NCBI GenBank assembly: GCA_964016885.1
Contig: OZ024762.1
Span: 5,146,001 to 5,210,000, forward strand
DNA from: Eledone cirrhosa
Taxonomy: Eukaryota
DNA: 64,000 nt
Direction of reading: 5' to 3'
Below are positions 1-13,385 of the stretch, piece by piece. Every line of letters begins with the position of its first letter. The stretch's first letter is position 1. Made by a program: the position numbers and the translations under genes. Under the pieces are notes generated by a model. That model searched no databases, had not been told where the DNA came from, and worked only from the letters and a program-made list of their open reading frames with translations.

Positions 1-37
<37 letters not shown>

Positions 38-182
38 TAAAATTCCATTTTAACGAAATTCATGGGGCATAAAAAAAATTTGTAACAAAAAATTCTTTAT
101 AATGAGATCAACCTAACACATTGAGCGGGCGGTCAGGGATTGAAAACATTTTCGTTTTAATGGTATTTTACCTGTATATATA

Positions 183-800
183 AAATGTGGAAAGTGATAT
201 AAGGCTAAACAATGCAAAATAGAAGGTAAGAAGAAGGTAACAAAAAAGTTATTTATTTTAGTTTATTTTTGTTTCTTCAGGCCTAATATTTCGGGACTTA
301 AAATTCCCTTCTTCAGAGTATAAGGAACTTTCAGAGAAAAATGTTCTGGTTTCTTCTCTTTTGGAAGAAACCAGAACATAGACACATCATCATCATCATC
401 ATTTTACGTCCGCTCTTCCCTGCTAGCAAGGGTGGGACGGGTTTTATTCAGCACAGCATCTCTCCACTTGTCACGGTCCTTCGTCATCTCCACCGTGAGC
501 TTCAGCGATCTGAGGTCTGTTCTCACCACCTCCGCCCATGTTCACTAATACTCACAGACATTCACAGAAACACAGGCACACAGAAACATAGGCACACATA
601 CACAGAATCACAAGATATTTTAATATATAATGGTGGGAATTTCTGAAAGTTCCTTAAACTCTGAAGAAGGGGTTTTAAGTCCCAAAATATTAGGACGAAA
701 GAAACAACAACAAAACAAAACAAAGATTACCAGGTAACTTACTTTTTAGTTACCCTCATCTTACAGTTCATTTTACATTGTTTAGCCATATATCACTTAC
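183..800. mobile_element. Inverted pair of Penelope-like terminal (pLTR-type) remnants with decayed hammerhead cores
   Basis: ~183-334 is the reverse complement of ~643-800. The minus strand at 280-320 reads CTGAAGA-A-GGGA..TCCC-GAAA-TAT-TA; the + copy at 661-700 has GAAA mutated to AAAA. An RTE 3' fragment (383-540, minus) lies between the arms. Confidence 0.55.
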
Positions 801-909
801 CATTTATATATTATATACAATGCTTCAAGCAAGCTACAACATTTTATTATATATATGTCAGAAGATCCCGTAAAAGGGGGAAAGCAGCGATTCTTGGCTT
901 AAACTTTAA

Positions 910-1126
910 CCCTTTAGCATTTAAACCAGCCATATCTGACCAGAATTCTTTCACCTCTTTCTGTTCAAACCAGCTGTAACTGGCCACGCATACTGATGTT
1001 AAGATATTGTTCTCAAAATAAATAATATCAAAATGTCATAGATTCAATATCATGTGAGATATGAGAAATAAAGCCTTTACGGCAAAAATACAATAGTATA
1101 TATAGAATAATGTAAATACTAAAGAG
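910..1126. mobile_element. piggyBac-type MITE
   Basis: TTAA-CCCTTTAG...CTAAAGAG-TTAA, i.e. CCC-type TIRs with a TTAA target duplication; related copies at 32866, 49045 and 53810. Confidence 0.75.
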
Positions 1127-1261
1127 TTAATCTGCACTTATAATAAATATTTGTTCTGTGGATTTTATATATATATTTTATATATATATACTCCTTATTG
1201 AGCCCTCTTCGGATTTTAGTCTTCACATTTATTATTACTCTATATATATATATTTTTTTTT

Positions 1262-1951
1262 CCCCTCAAAATGAAAGGCAGACTGTATGATGCGTGTATA
1301 CAAACAGCAATGTTACATGGTAGTGAGACCTCGGCGCTGTCTGTGGAAGACTTGCGTAGATTAGAAAGAAACGAAGCCTACATGCTCCGATGGATGTATA
1401 ATAGTAATATATGCGAACGGCAAAGCATAAATGAATTGAGAGAGAGACTGAGCATAAGAGGAATCAAATGCTGTGTGCAGGAGAGGCGGTTGCGTTGGTA
1501 TGGACATGTGATGCATATGAAGGATGACAGCTGCATAAAAAGGTGCAGAGCACTAGAAGTTGATGGAAACCGCGGAGTGGGATGAGGTGATAAAAGCCGA
1601 CCTTACCCAATTACACCTCTCAAAGGCGATGACACACGACCGTGACCTCTGGCGTCACGCAGTAATACAGAGTACCCGACCTCCCATGGGTACAAGCTGA
1701 AGCATATAGACAATATGCCCCCACACCCTCCCACTGCAAAGTGGTCGTGGAGGTGCCACGGCACAAAAGCACCCAGCCCACACTGTAAATGAGGTTGGTG
1801 TTAGGAAGGGCATCCAGCTGTAGAAATAAAGCCAGAATCAGTTCCCATATGAGCAAGACAAGGTCAGCCGACTGGACACTGCCCACAACAGGACAACCCG
1901 TCTAACCCATGCTAGAGTGGAAGAACGGACGTAAAACGGTGATGATGATGA
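1262..1951 (+). mobile_element. 5'-truncated RTE LINE (RT C-terminus, 3'UTR, (GAT)n tail)
   Basis: ORF 1271-1585 is nearly identical to the C-terminus of the 23655-25505 protein ([10 protein letters not shown]), with a small deletion after GNRGVG. The 3'UTR and GAT tail are the same. Confidence 0.92.
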
Positions 1952-2159
1952 TATACACCCACCTCCAAAAAAATGGCTGACTGAAACACGTGCTTTTTAC
2001 CTCTATTTTCTTTTTTTAATTATTTCTTATCCTATCTTCTAATAGATGACTAGTGTCCAAAATGTAAAGACTCTTTTCCTACTACATCAAGCGTTAAACT
2101 AATATATGTCTTCATTGTACTGTGTTGTTTGCTTTGTTGTTTTTCTGTTTACTTTTCAC

Positions 2160-3630
2160 ACATACTCATATATATGTATATGATAATCATGATGGTGATG
2201 ATGATGATGGTGGTGGTGGTGGTGGTGATGGTGATGGTGGTGGTGATGATAATGATTATGATGATGGTGATATATACATAAGTGAGTGTATATGTGTTTG
2301 TATGTAAATATAAACATATACGCATATATACTGAGATATGTGTAAACGTGTTTACGTATGCATGTATATATATTTATGTGCCTATATCTGTGTGTATATG
2401 TGTGTATGTATATGTATGTGACCTTGCCTTTATATGTGTATGTAAATTATATTTACATACACACGTGTATGTGTTTACACATGTGTATAAATTTGTTTCT
2501 ATTTCACAGTATGACGTCATCCTGTGTGTGTGTGTGTATGTGTGAGTGTGTCTCTGTGTGTGTCAGTGCTTGTATCTGTGTGTGTCTCTGTGTGTGCGCC
2601 AGTGCTTGTATCTGTGTGTGTGTGTGTCTGTCTGTATGTGTGCGTGTCTGTATGTTTGTTGTGTGAGTGTGTCTGTGTGTGTGTCAGTGTGTGCGTGTGT
2701 GTGCGTCAGTGCTTGTATCTATGTGTGTATGTGTGTCTGTCTGTATGTGTGCGTGTCTGTATGTTTGTTGTGTGAGTGTGTCTGTGTGTGTATGTGTCTG
2801 TATGTGTGTGCGTCAGTGCTTGTATCTGTGTGTGTGTGTGTATCTCTGTATGTGTGTCTGTGTGTATGAGTGTCAGTATGTGTGCGTGTCTATGTTTGTT
2901 TGTGTGTGTGTGTGTGTGTGTGAGTGTGTCAGTGCTTGTATCTGTGTGTGTGTGTGTCTGTGTGTATGAGTGTCTGTATGTGTGTGTGTATGATAAATCC
3001 CCAATGTTGTATATATTAAAAGAAGTTCTCGTGTGTGTGTGTGTGTATGTGCCTGAGTGTATGTGTATGTGTATATGTATGTGTGTGTGTCTGCATGTGT
3101 TGGTATGTGTATATGTATGTGTGTCTGTATGTACGTGAGAAATTCCCACCATTATATATATATTAAAATATCTTGTGATTCTGTGTGTGTGTGTATGGAT
3201 GCATGTATGTATGTGTTAGTGTGTGTATGTCAGTGTGTATGTAAGTATGTTAGTGAATGTATGTATGTGTATGTGTATATATATGTATGTAAATGTGTGT
3301 ATATATATATATGTGTGTGTATGTGTATATGTATGTATGTATGTGTGTGTGTGTATATATATATATATATGTGTGTGTATGTGTGTGTGTGTGTGTGTGT
3401 ATATGAGTAGATGTGCTGTTGTTACTACGCCACCATCAATACTACTACTACTACAACTACCACCACTACTGCTACTACTATTAATACTACAACTATTACT
3501 ACTACTACCACTACTACTACTATTAATACTACTATAACTACTACTACCGCCACCACTACTACTGCTACTATGACTACTATTACCACCACCACTACTATTA
3601 ATACTACTACAACTACTACTACTGCCACTG

Positions 3631-3661
<31 letters not shown>

Positions 3662-4750
3662 AACTACCTACCACCACCACCACTACTACTACTATCACAA
3701 CAACTACTACTATTACTACTACTACTACCACCACCACCACCACTACTACTACCACCACTACCACCACCACCACCACTACCACCACCACCACTACTACTAC
3801 CACCACTACTACTACCACCACCACTACCACCACCACCACCACTACCACCACCACTACCACCACCACCACCACCACCACTACCACCACCACCACCACCACC
3901 ACCACTACCACCACCACCACCACTACCACCACCACCACCACCACCACCACCACCACCACTACTACTACCACCACCACTACCACCACCACCACCACTACCA
4001 CCACCACCACCACCACCACCACCACCACCACTACTACCACCACCACTACTACTGTAGTAGAACAGTGACCCACCTATATTACCAGTAACTGTACCCGAGA
4101 CATCATTTACCACCCACCAGATCTTCTTTTAATATATAATGTTGGCAATTTCTCACACATACACATATATACACTGACACATACACACACTGACACATAC
4201 ACACACTGACACATACACACACTGACACATACACATATATACACTGACACATACACTGATACATACATACGCTGACACATACACTGATACATATATACAC
4301 TGACACATACACACACCATACATACACTGACTCATATATACACTGACACATACACACACCATACATACACTGACTCATATATACACTGACACATACACAC
4401 ACCATACATACACTGACACATACATACACTGATATATATATACACTGACACACACATACATACACTGGCACATACATACATACACATACATAAATACATA
4501 CTTATACATACGTATCTATGAATACAGAAATTCATATATTTTAATGTTTTGTGGTGTTGTTGTGGTTGTTGTGGTTGGTGGTGGTGGTAGTGATGATGGT
4601 GGTGGTGGTGGTGATGGTGATGGTGGTGGTGGTGATGTTAAACTTGAAATAATCACAGAAGAAGGAGGATGAGAAGAAGAAGAAGGAGGATGAGAAGAAG
4701 AAGAAGAAGAAGAAGAAGGATGGGGAGGAGACGAAGAAGAAGAAGGATGA
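2160..4750. repeat. Compound simple-repeat field: (GT)n/(GTAT)n, (ACT/ACC)n, (CA)n, (GGT)n, (GAA)n
   Basis: Directly visible; produces the C/V/Y/H/T-rich spurious ORFs. Confidence 0.95.
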
Positions 4751-4756
4751 TTTCTA

Positions 4757-4900
4757 ATTTAGGTCCAAGGAGGGCAATTTGAGTGAGAGAAGAAAGTTGA
4801 TTATATCAACCCAGTACTTAACTGGTACTTTATTTAGCGACCCTGGAAGAATGAAAGATGTTGTTGACCTTTGCAGGATTTGAACTCAGAATCTAGAAAA
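4757..4900 (-). mobile_element. Decayed SINE (OK/Nin-Deu-domain type)
   Basis: Reverse complement resembles GAGTTCAAATCC..GGTCAAC..TTTCATTC..GGGTCG..AAATAAAGTACCAGT, seen intact at 11471. Confidence 0.65.
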
Positions 4901-4936
4901 ATGTCACTAAATAATACTAAATAATACTAAACATTT

Positions 4937-4995
<59 letters not shown>

Positions 4996-5166
4996 TTGTG
5001 TGTGTGTATGTGTCTACTGGCCACAGTTGTCTGACCAGAGGCTATTTCACCCTGTTTTTAAAGCTATTGTTTATAGTGATTGACCTTTGTTACAGTTTTT
5101 GCGTTTGGGATTTCCACATTTTCAAATTTCATCTCCCCTCCATCCTCCATTACTTCCATAATTCAT

Positions 5167-5247
<81 letters not shown>

Positions 5248-5262
5248 AAATTTAATATAGAA

Positions 5263-5317
5263 ATGGCTTCTACAGGACTAGAACTGTTTCATTTGAAGGA
5301 AATCATCAGTAAAGCCC
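5263..5317 (-). ncRNA. Partly decayed type I hammerhead ribozyme (same family as 11758 and 36240)
   Basis: Minus strand: ggcttta CTGATGA TTTCCTTCAAAT GAAA CAG TTCTAGTC CTG TA gaagcc. Core and helix III are intact; helix I needs a bulge and helix II is weak. Confidence 0.6.
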
Positions 5318-5360
5318 ATGTATATATATAGAGAGCCTATATATATATATATACATATAT

Positions 5361-5420
<60 letters not shown>

Positions 5421-5739
5421 CGAAGAAGGTGTGGTAAGGAACCAAATGGACCATAACGCACCAGAGTACTCAATACTTAGAGTAGTAGAGTGGGTAGTAG
5501 GAAATAGCTGTCGAAACGGCTTGAGCTCTGCTGTTGGGGTTAAACATTTTCCTGATATATTTGATATATCTCATATGAAATGATACAGCCAATTATCCAC
5601 ACAATACAATTAGTTAGCACTCCGAACGTTTAATTAGGAATATACTCAGGTATTTCCTAATGTTTGTTGAGTGAGTTGGAATTTGGCCGGAGTATCGCTA
5701 TTAGCTTTCTCCGATTATGTATTTATATATATATAGATA

Positions 5740-5826
<87 letters not shown>

Positions 5827-6198
5827 AGAGAGAGAGAGAGATTCACAGATCTGTCTATGATTGGATGGTCATATTTGGAGGTATGGCCATTTAAATATAA
5901 CATAATCATTATATGAGTAATGTTTATATTTAACACCTTAAATTGTATTTGTTATATAAAGCCTGGTTAGTTTCTCAATTGATATATCCCATTATATTAT
6001 TTAAAATTATAATATATATATATATATATATATTTCTATATTAAAACATTTATACTCTGCTATGTATTGAGTACCTTTCTTACTGTGGTTACCCCCAATT
6101 GAACCCAGGATAACTACTTTTATATATATATTGCTTAAACTTTAATCTGTATATATAATAAATATTTGCTCTACGGGGTTTTTTATATATATATATTT

Positions 6199-6232
<34 letters not shown>

Positions 6233-6573
6233 GTCCTTATCAAGCCCTCTTTGGATTTTAGTCTTCACATTTATTATTACTATATATATATAGATATAGA
6301 CCTGTATATGTATGTATATATATATATATATACATCTGTATGTGTATATATAGATCTGTATGAATGTATGTATATATATATACATCTGTATGTGTATATA
6401 TAGATCTGTATGTATGTATATATATATATATATACATCTGTATGTGTGTATATATATATATATATATACACATCTGTATGTGTGTGTATATATATATATA
6501 TATATGGGCGTGAAACGAAGATGATGATGATAATGATGATCTGTATGTGTGTGTGTGTATATATATATATATA

Positions 6574-6708
<135 letters not shown>

Positions 6709-6711
6709 CTG

Positions 6712-6752
<41 letters not shown>

Positions 6753-6865
6753 CTGTATATATATATATATATATATATATACATACATCCGTATATGTGT
6801 ATATATATATATATATCTGTATGTGTATATATATATATCTGTATGTGTATATATATATATCTGTA

Positions 6866-6903
<38 letters not shown>

Positions 6904-7318
6904 TGTATATGTGTATATATATATATATCTGTATGTGTATATATATATATCTGTATGTGTATATATATGAATCAATATTGATAAGGTGATGGGGATCTTT
7001 TTTATCTCAAGATTAGGCTACATGATATAGGGAAGTAGTAATGTGTTATACCCCAGTGTATGACTGGTATACAGTGTTTTGTGTTTTTACTGACTTCTGA
7101 GGAATGAAAGACAAATTCAACTTCAGTAACTAAATGTTTGTTTACCTACATAGTTATACATACATCCATGTATGTGTATATATATATATACACACACATT
7201 ATATACATTATATATGTATTTAATAAGTTTAAAGTTCAGTTCAAATGATGAAAAGCCAGAGAGGATGCAATAAAAATTTTATACATACATTCACACACAC
7301 ACACATATATATATACAT

Positions 7319-7349
<31 letters not shown>

Positions 7350-7421
7350 CAACCATACATATGTATATGTATACATAAATCATCATCATTATTATCACCT
7401 TTCAATATCTACTTTACATAC

Positions 7422-7486
<65 letters not shown>

Positions 7487-7999
7487 CATACATATATATA
7501 TATACATACACATATATATACATATATATATATATACATATATATATACATACATATATATACATATATATATATATACATACATATATATACATATATA
7601 TATATATATATAATGTACATACTCATACATATGTATGTATACACCCATACATAAGGTAGAGGAGTATATTTATATTACGACCATATAACAGTATTAGACT
7701 TTGGGGTTCCCCCAGAAGTTTCTGAACCAAAAAAGGTTCCAAGTTTGAAAAAGTTTGGGAAACCCTGCTATAGTGGAAACTTGACTGCACCAATCTTCCC
7801 CCTACCCTATTCATACACCTTCCCACTTCTTAATACTTGCTGCCCATCCCGAGCCTGCATAGTCATCTCACCTTGTTTCCCAATCCCCACCTTCCACACC
7901 CTGTTACACATCCGGTCCAACCCACACATACAAGCATAGCAAGCTAGACACACTTCACACACTGCTCTTCCCCAGTCATGCCACCATGACAGGACTTAG

Positions 8000-8963
8000 G
8001 TCACCCTGTAAGGTGATCATGTTGCCGATACAGGTCTAACCTATAATGGTCGCCATGCTGGTGACATGAATTAAAGCACTCAATCTATCCTGTAAGATGG
8101 TCATCCTGGTGACATGATAAAAAGCACCCAGTCCACCCTGTAATATGGTAATGCTGGTGAGATAACGAAAAGCTTCCGGTCCACCCTGTAAGGTGATCAT
8201 GTTGGTGACATGACAAAAAGCCCCCAATCCACCCTGTAAGGTGATCATGTTGGTGACATGACAAAAAGCACCCAGTCCACCCTGTAAGGTGATCATGTTG
8301 GTGACATGACAAAAAGCACCCAGTCCACCCTGTAAGGTGATCATGTTGGTGACATGACAAAAAGCCCCCAATCCACCCTGTAAGGTGATCATGTTGGTGA
8401 CATGACAAAAAGCACCCAGTCCACCCTGTAAGGTGATCATGTTGGTGACATGACAAAAAGCCCCCAATCCACCCTGTAAGGTGATCATGTTGGTGACATG
8501 ACAAAAAGCACCCAGTCCACCCTGTAAGGTGATCATGTTGGTGACATGACAAAAAGCCCCCAATCCACCCTGTAAGGTGATCATGTTGGTGACATGACAA
8601 AAAGCCCCCAATCCACCCTGTAAGGTGATCATGTTGGTGACATGACAAAAAGCACCCAGTCCACCCTGTAAGGTGATCATGTTGGTGACATGACAAAAAG
8701 CCCCCAATCCACCCTGTAAGGTGATCATGTTGGTGACATGACAAAAAGCACCCAGTCCACCCTGTAAGGTGATCATGTTGGTGACATGACAAAAAGCGCC
8801 CAGTCCACCCTGTTATGTGGTTGGTGTAAGGAAGGGTATCCAGCCAGAGACCAAGCCAAAATACAGATCCATATAAGGACGTGGTCACCTGTCATGACTT
8901 GTCTCCTATGTAACAAGTTGTCTGACCCAGGTGTGTAAAGTAGATGTTGAACGGTGATGATGA
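8000..8963 (+). repeat. 48-bp minisatellite (about 16-17 units) amplified within an RTE 3'UTR
   Basis: Unit CCAGTCCACCCTGTAAGGTGATCATGTTGGTGACATGACAAAAAGCAC occurs in two interspersed variants. It runs into GGTTGGTGTAAGGAAGGGTATCCAGCC...GGTGATGATGAT, the RTE tail. Confidence 0.9.
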
Positions 8964-9509
8964 TATATGTATGTGTATATATATAAGTATAAGTATGGGT
9001 GTATATATACATATATATAAGTGTATATATATATACATATGTATGGGTGTATATATACATATATATGAGTATATAGAGTAATGTAAATGTATGGGTGTAT
9101 ATATACATATATATGAGTGTATATACATATACATATGTATGAGTGTATTTATATACATATATATGAATGTATATATACATATGTATGGGTGTATACATAC
9201 ATATGTATGTATAAATATACTCCTCTACCTTTTATCACGCGGCCCCAGACACTTGTTTGAGGAACCTTGGGTTCCATGGAACCCACTTTGGGAACCACTG
9301 TCGTACATGTTTCATCCTGTGTTTATGGGAAGTTGGGTCACCTGTAGTACTATCTATCTGTATGTAAAATCCCCGGCATGTCTTTGTATTGTCCCCTTTC
9401 TTCTTGCGCCCTTGTGGCTAATAAAGAAATCTATCTATATATATGTATGTGAATATATATATATATATATATATATATTATTATATATATATATATGTAT
9501 GTATATAGG

Positions 9510-10055
9510 GTAGTAGAGTGCTGTCGTATGATCGGGTCGTCAGCGACTAAACTGGCAACCCCACCAAGTCTACTTGGTGAGGAGGGTGATTTTGGACACC
9601 CTGCAGGACAAAGAACAAAACCTGACAAAGGGCGGAAGAATTCATAAGGGTCAACGGCCATCCAAAAGTGTGTAAATATGTATATACGCATGTACATATG
9701 TATGTATATGCGTGGGGACATAGAAAAAGTTGGGCTGGACACCCGATCGTGTGGTTAAACCACTGGGAGTGAAGGAACCCTAGCCTTTGTCAGGGCATTC
9801 TTCTAGGAGAAGGCAACTCAGGAAACTGGGATAACTCTGATATAAAACCTGCGGCTCAGTAGTTACCGATGATGTTGATCTTTTCTTCTTTTCGGGTTGT
9901 AGCTACTGTCGCTCAGAGAGTGGGATTGGCTCAGTGCACAGTCTTTCCTCACTTTAAAAAATATCTTCACGCACAGGCATTGCACGATAGAATTAATTAA
10001 TAATTATTAATAATGTTGTATCGTGCAATGGCCATACACGATAACGAGGGGGCAA

Positions 10056-10060
<5 letters not shown>
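9510..10060 (+). mobile_element. Non-autonomous RTE-derived element (5'UTR-like part plus 3' tail)
   Basis: Contains an RTE 5'UTR-like TCTAGGAGAAGGCAACTC motif; 9935-10060 is the reverse complement of 26165-26292. Confidence 0.55.
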
Positions 10061-10086
<26 letters not shown>

Positions 10087-10641
10087 TGTTTTGATTATAC
10101 GATATACTTCTATATATTTCTTGCCTTGGGTGAATTATTTTTATATCTACGTACTCTGATGTGTTGATCAGAGGTAAATAATGTATTGGAGATCGAGTGA
10201 CGCAACTTCAAGCGATTAGCGACCTCTAGGCTCACCTGATCAATGAAACAATTGTCAGTACTTGAAATAAAGCCCCTTATTGTTATTGTACAGCCAACCA
10301 TGTTACTCTTCATTCTTTCACTATATATATATATATATATATATATAGATAGATAGATAGATAGATATATAGATAGATAGATAGTTCAAGGAAACAACAA
10401 ACAGAGGTATAAAAAGTCTTATTAGTTTCATGCTTTATATTGAAAAGAGGAAAGAAAGTTAGGCTTAAGCCCTTCTTCAGTATTTGTATTTATCTATGTA
10501 AAAAAACTAAATTTGGTTTCGCTCTAACATGGTGGATACATAAATACATTTGTCTTGAACACATGGTGTAATGAGGCTGTTGCCTGCAAACAAACCAAAT
10601 ATTAATAATGTTGTGATAATATTATTATTCACTCATAAAAG

Positions 10642-10965
10642 TGACACAGAGGAGACTGAGGTTAGCTGGACATGCTCACCGACATCCAGAGTTGACATTG
10701 CACTCAGTGCTCCTGTGGGAGCCCCTACATGGACACACTGGAAGAGGAAGACCAAGGTTAACGTATGTTGATGCCCTAAGGACAGACACTGGTCTATTGG
10801 AGACGCAGGACATGGCAGCGATAATGAGGGAGAGAGACCGCTGGAGAGAACTTGTACATGGATCTCGGGAATTTTACCCGCCCTAGATATATATATATAT
10901 AACCCATGCTAGCGTGGAAAATGGACGTTAAACGAAGATGATGATGATGATGATGATGATGATGA
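10642..10965 (+). mobile_element. RTE LINE 3' fragment (different subfamily)
   Basis: RRLRLAGHAHRH...GRGRPRLTYVD...RDRWR is an RTE C-terminal signature; followed by a (GAT)n tail. Confidence 0.85.
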
Positions 10966-10984
10966 TATATATATATAAGTATAA

Positions 10985-11256
10985 AGTCTGTCTTAAGCCA
11001 GAAGGCTTATTTGACCGGTGCTGATCCCGGTTTCAACGTGAAGAGACTGAGAGTACAAGACTCCTCCCTCACAGGATGCTAGTCCGTCACAGAGTTAAAC
11101 CCCCAGATATTGCTGGTACTCATTTTCAGCTGAGTATACTGGAGCAACATGAAATGAAGTGTTTTGCTCAAGAACACAACACGCAACCCAGGAATCGAAC
11201 CCACGACATTACAATTGTAAGTCCAACACCCTTACCACTAGGCCACGTGCCTCCAC
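10985..11256 (-). mobile_element. tRNA-derived SINE (CORE/OR-like)
   Basis: Minus strand has A box TGGCCTAGTGG and B box GGTTCGATTCC, then GTGTTCTTGAGCAAAACACTT...CAGCTGAAAATGAG. Confidence 0.8.
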
Positions 11257-11470
11257 TATATGTATGTGTGTATGTGTGTGTGTGTGTGTATATATATACA
11301 CACACACACACACATTCGTGACTGAATAATAATAGTATTAATGTTGAAAGAGATAGAAGGCTAAACAATACAAAATGGACTGTAAGGTGAGGTAACAAAA
11401 AGTAAGTTACCTGATAATCTTTATAATAATATTATAATAATATTGTAATAATCATATAATAATATTATTC

Positions 11471-11585
11471 CTGAGTTCAAATCCCGCCGAAGTTAACTTT
11501 GCCTTTCATCCTTACGGGGTCGATAAAATAAAGTACCAGTAATACACTGTGTAATTGCTGGCCTTGTGCCAAAAGTAGAAACAAT
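11471..11585 (+). mobile_element. OK-type SINE fragment
   Basis: GAGTTCAAATCCCGCCGAAGTTAACTTTGCCTTTCATCCTTACGGGGTCGATAAAATAAAGTACCAGT; recurs at 38362, 48610, 51025 (-), 54531 and 55180. Confidence 0.8.
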
Positions 11586-11594
11586 TATTAATAT

Positions 11595-11626
<32 letters not shown>

Positions 11627-11816
11627 GGTACGTTATTCCGGGTTGAATCGGAGGTAACCACAGTAAGTAAGGTACTCAATACATAGCAGAGTATAAAGGT
11701 TTTAATATAGATGAGATTATACAGGACTAGAACTGTTTCATTCTTCAGAAATCATCAGAGATTCCTGATGATTTCTGAAGAATGAAACAGTTCTAGTCCT
11801 GTAGAATCTCATCTAT
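11627..11816. mobile_element. Penelope-like pLTR fold-back with two back-to-back hammerheads
   Basis: 11707-11758 and 11765-11816 are inverted copies; the flank 11627-11705 matches the reverse complement of 36335-36413. Confidence 0.8.
11758..11810 (+). ncRNA. Type I hammerhead ribozyme, structurally complete
   Basis: GAGATTC CTGATGA T-TTC-TGAA-GAA-T GAA ACAG TTCTAGTC CTGT A^ GAATCTC: 7-bp helix I, 3-bp helix II beyond a U.U position, 4-bp helix III, GUA cleavage triplet. Confidence 0.85.
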
Positions 11817-12199
11817 ATATATATATATATATATATATACAACTATGTCTTCATTGTAATTCATCATCTGTGCATTTTCCATTAATTTTCCACATGTATA
11901 CACACACACCTACACTCACACATATAGATATTATATATATATATATATATATATCATTATTGTTTAATGTCTATTTTCCATGCTAGCATGGGTTAGACAA
12001 GTTGTCCCATTTGAGGCAATTTGGGACAGGTGATTGACTTTCACATACAAAACTGTTTCTGGTTTGGTTTCTCTGACTTGATGCCCTTCTTAACGCCAAC
12101 CACATTTACAGTGTGTCCTGGGTGCTTTTTGTCATGACACCTACACGACCACTTTACAGTGTGGGCTGGGTACTTTTATATATATATATATAGTTTATA

Positions 12200-12237
<38 letters not shown>

Positions 12238-12519
12238 TAACTTAAATCTGCTCCAAACAAACAAGTCAACTCCAATCGATCTTTTAAATCTCTCATATGG
12301 ATACTCCCTTAATAATGGGTTTTTTAACCCCAAAATATTTGGAATTATCAAATTTGCTAAAGTAATATTCTTTTGTTATCTTAGCAATCTTGATTTTCTT
12401 TCTAGCGCATTGTATGGTTTTCGAAATTATTTAAATTTGTGTTTCCTATTCAACAATGCTATTATATTATTTATTTTTTTATTCATACAAAGAACAAAGG
12501 CACTACTCAAGGTTTCAAG

Positions 12520-12650
12520 GACCAAATTTGACCATATCTCCAGAATACAAGAGGTATGACCTTTCCTCTGGTGCTTAAACCCATAGAAACACCCGAGGTC
12601 ATGGATTTGATGCCTCTTGTATTCTGGAGATATGGCCCAATTTGCTCCTT
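12520..12650. repeat. Inverted repeat (MITE-like fold-back)
   Basis: CCATATCTCCAGAATACAAGAGG ... CCTCTTGTATTCTGGAGATATGG arms. Confidence 0.7.
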
Positions 12651-12804
12651 CAAATCTTGGGTACCACTTTCTTTCTGTGTATTAACATAAATGAATAATA
12701 TAGTATTTCTGCTCTAACACTTCATTAAGTACTGTTTTTTCCTTTTTCCTTTCCACATATATGGACATTGCTACACACATATATATATATATGTTATATA
12801 TATA

Positions 12805-12961
12805 TATATTGTTATACTTTGGGAGGGTCATGCTGCCAATAAAAACACAACCAGGTTTGTATGTTTTTATTGGCAACATGACCCTCCCAAAGTATAAATA
12901 ACAATATCTGTTTCAACACACGTTTTCATATAGGAAATCTTGCAAAACAAATTCAAAAATG

Positions 12962-12962
<1 letters not shown>
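12805..12962. repeat. Fold-back of a dispersed repeat (single-orientation copy at 36445-36555)
   Basis: TATACTTTGGGAGGGTCATGCTGCCAATAAAAACA / TGTTTTTATTGGCAACATGACCCTCCCAAAGTATA arms. Confidence 0.7.
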
Positions 12963-13001
<39 letters not shown>

Positions 13002-13347
13002 AATATACATTATATATATAATATATATTATATATATAATGTATATAATATAATAAATATATTATATATATACTATATATTATATATATATATATTATAT
13101 ATATATTATATTATATATATATATATTATATAATTATTATATATATATTATATTATATATATATATATATATATACATGTATAGTATATATTATATATAT
13201 ATTATATTATATATATATGTATAGTATATATTATATATATATTATATTATATATATATGTATAGTATATATTATATACATATATAATATATATATATTAT
13301 ATTAATATCATATATATATATTATATATGTATATTATATTATATTAT

Positions 13348-13385
<38 letters not shown>

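Noticed and set aside
8036-8888. CRISPR-like array or repeat-protein ORFs (246 and 267 aa)
   Set aside because: Contiguous 48-bp units with no unique spacers, no cas genes, eukaryotic context and clear derivation from the RTE 3'UTR.
11185-11256. tRNA gene
   Set aside because: A and B boxes are present but continue into a SINE body, and there is no complete cloverleaf.
12228-12490. Minus-strand peptide IIPNILGLKNPLLREYPYERFKRSIGVDLFVWSRFKLN
   Set aside because: Possibly a decayed retroelement coding fragment, but no motif was recognised with confidence.
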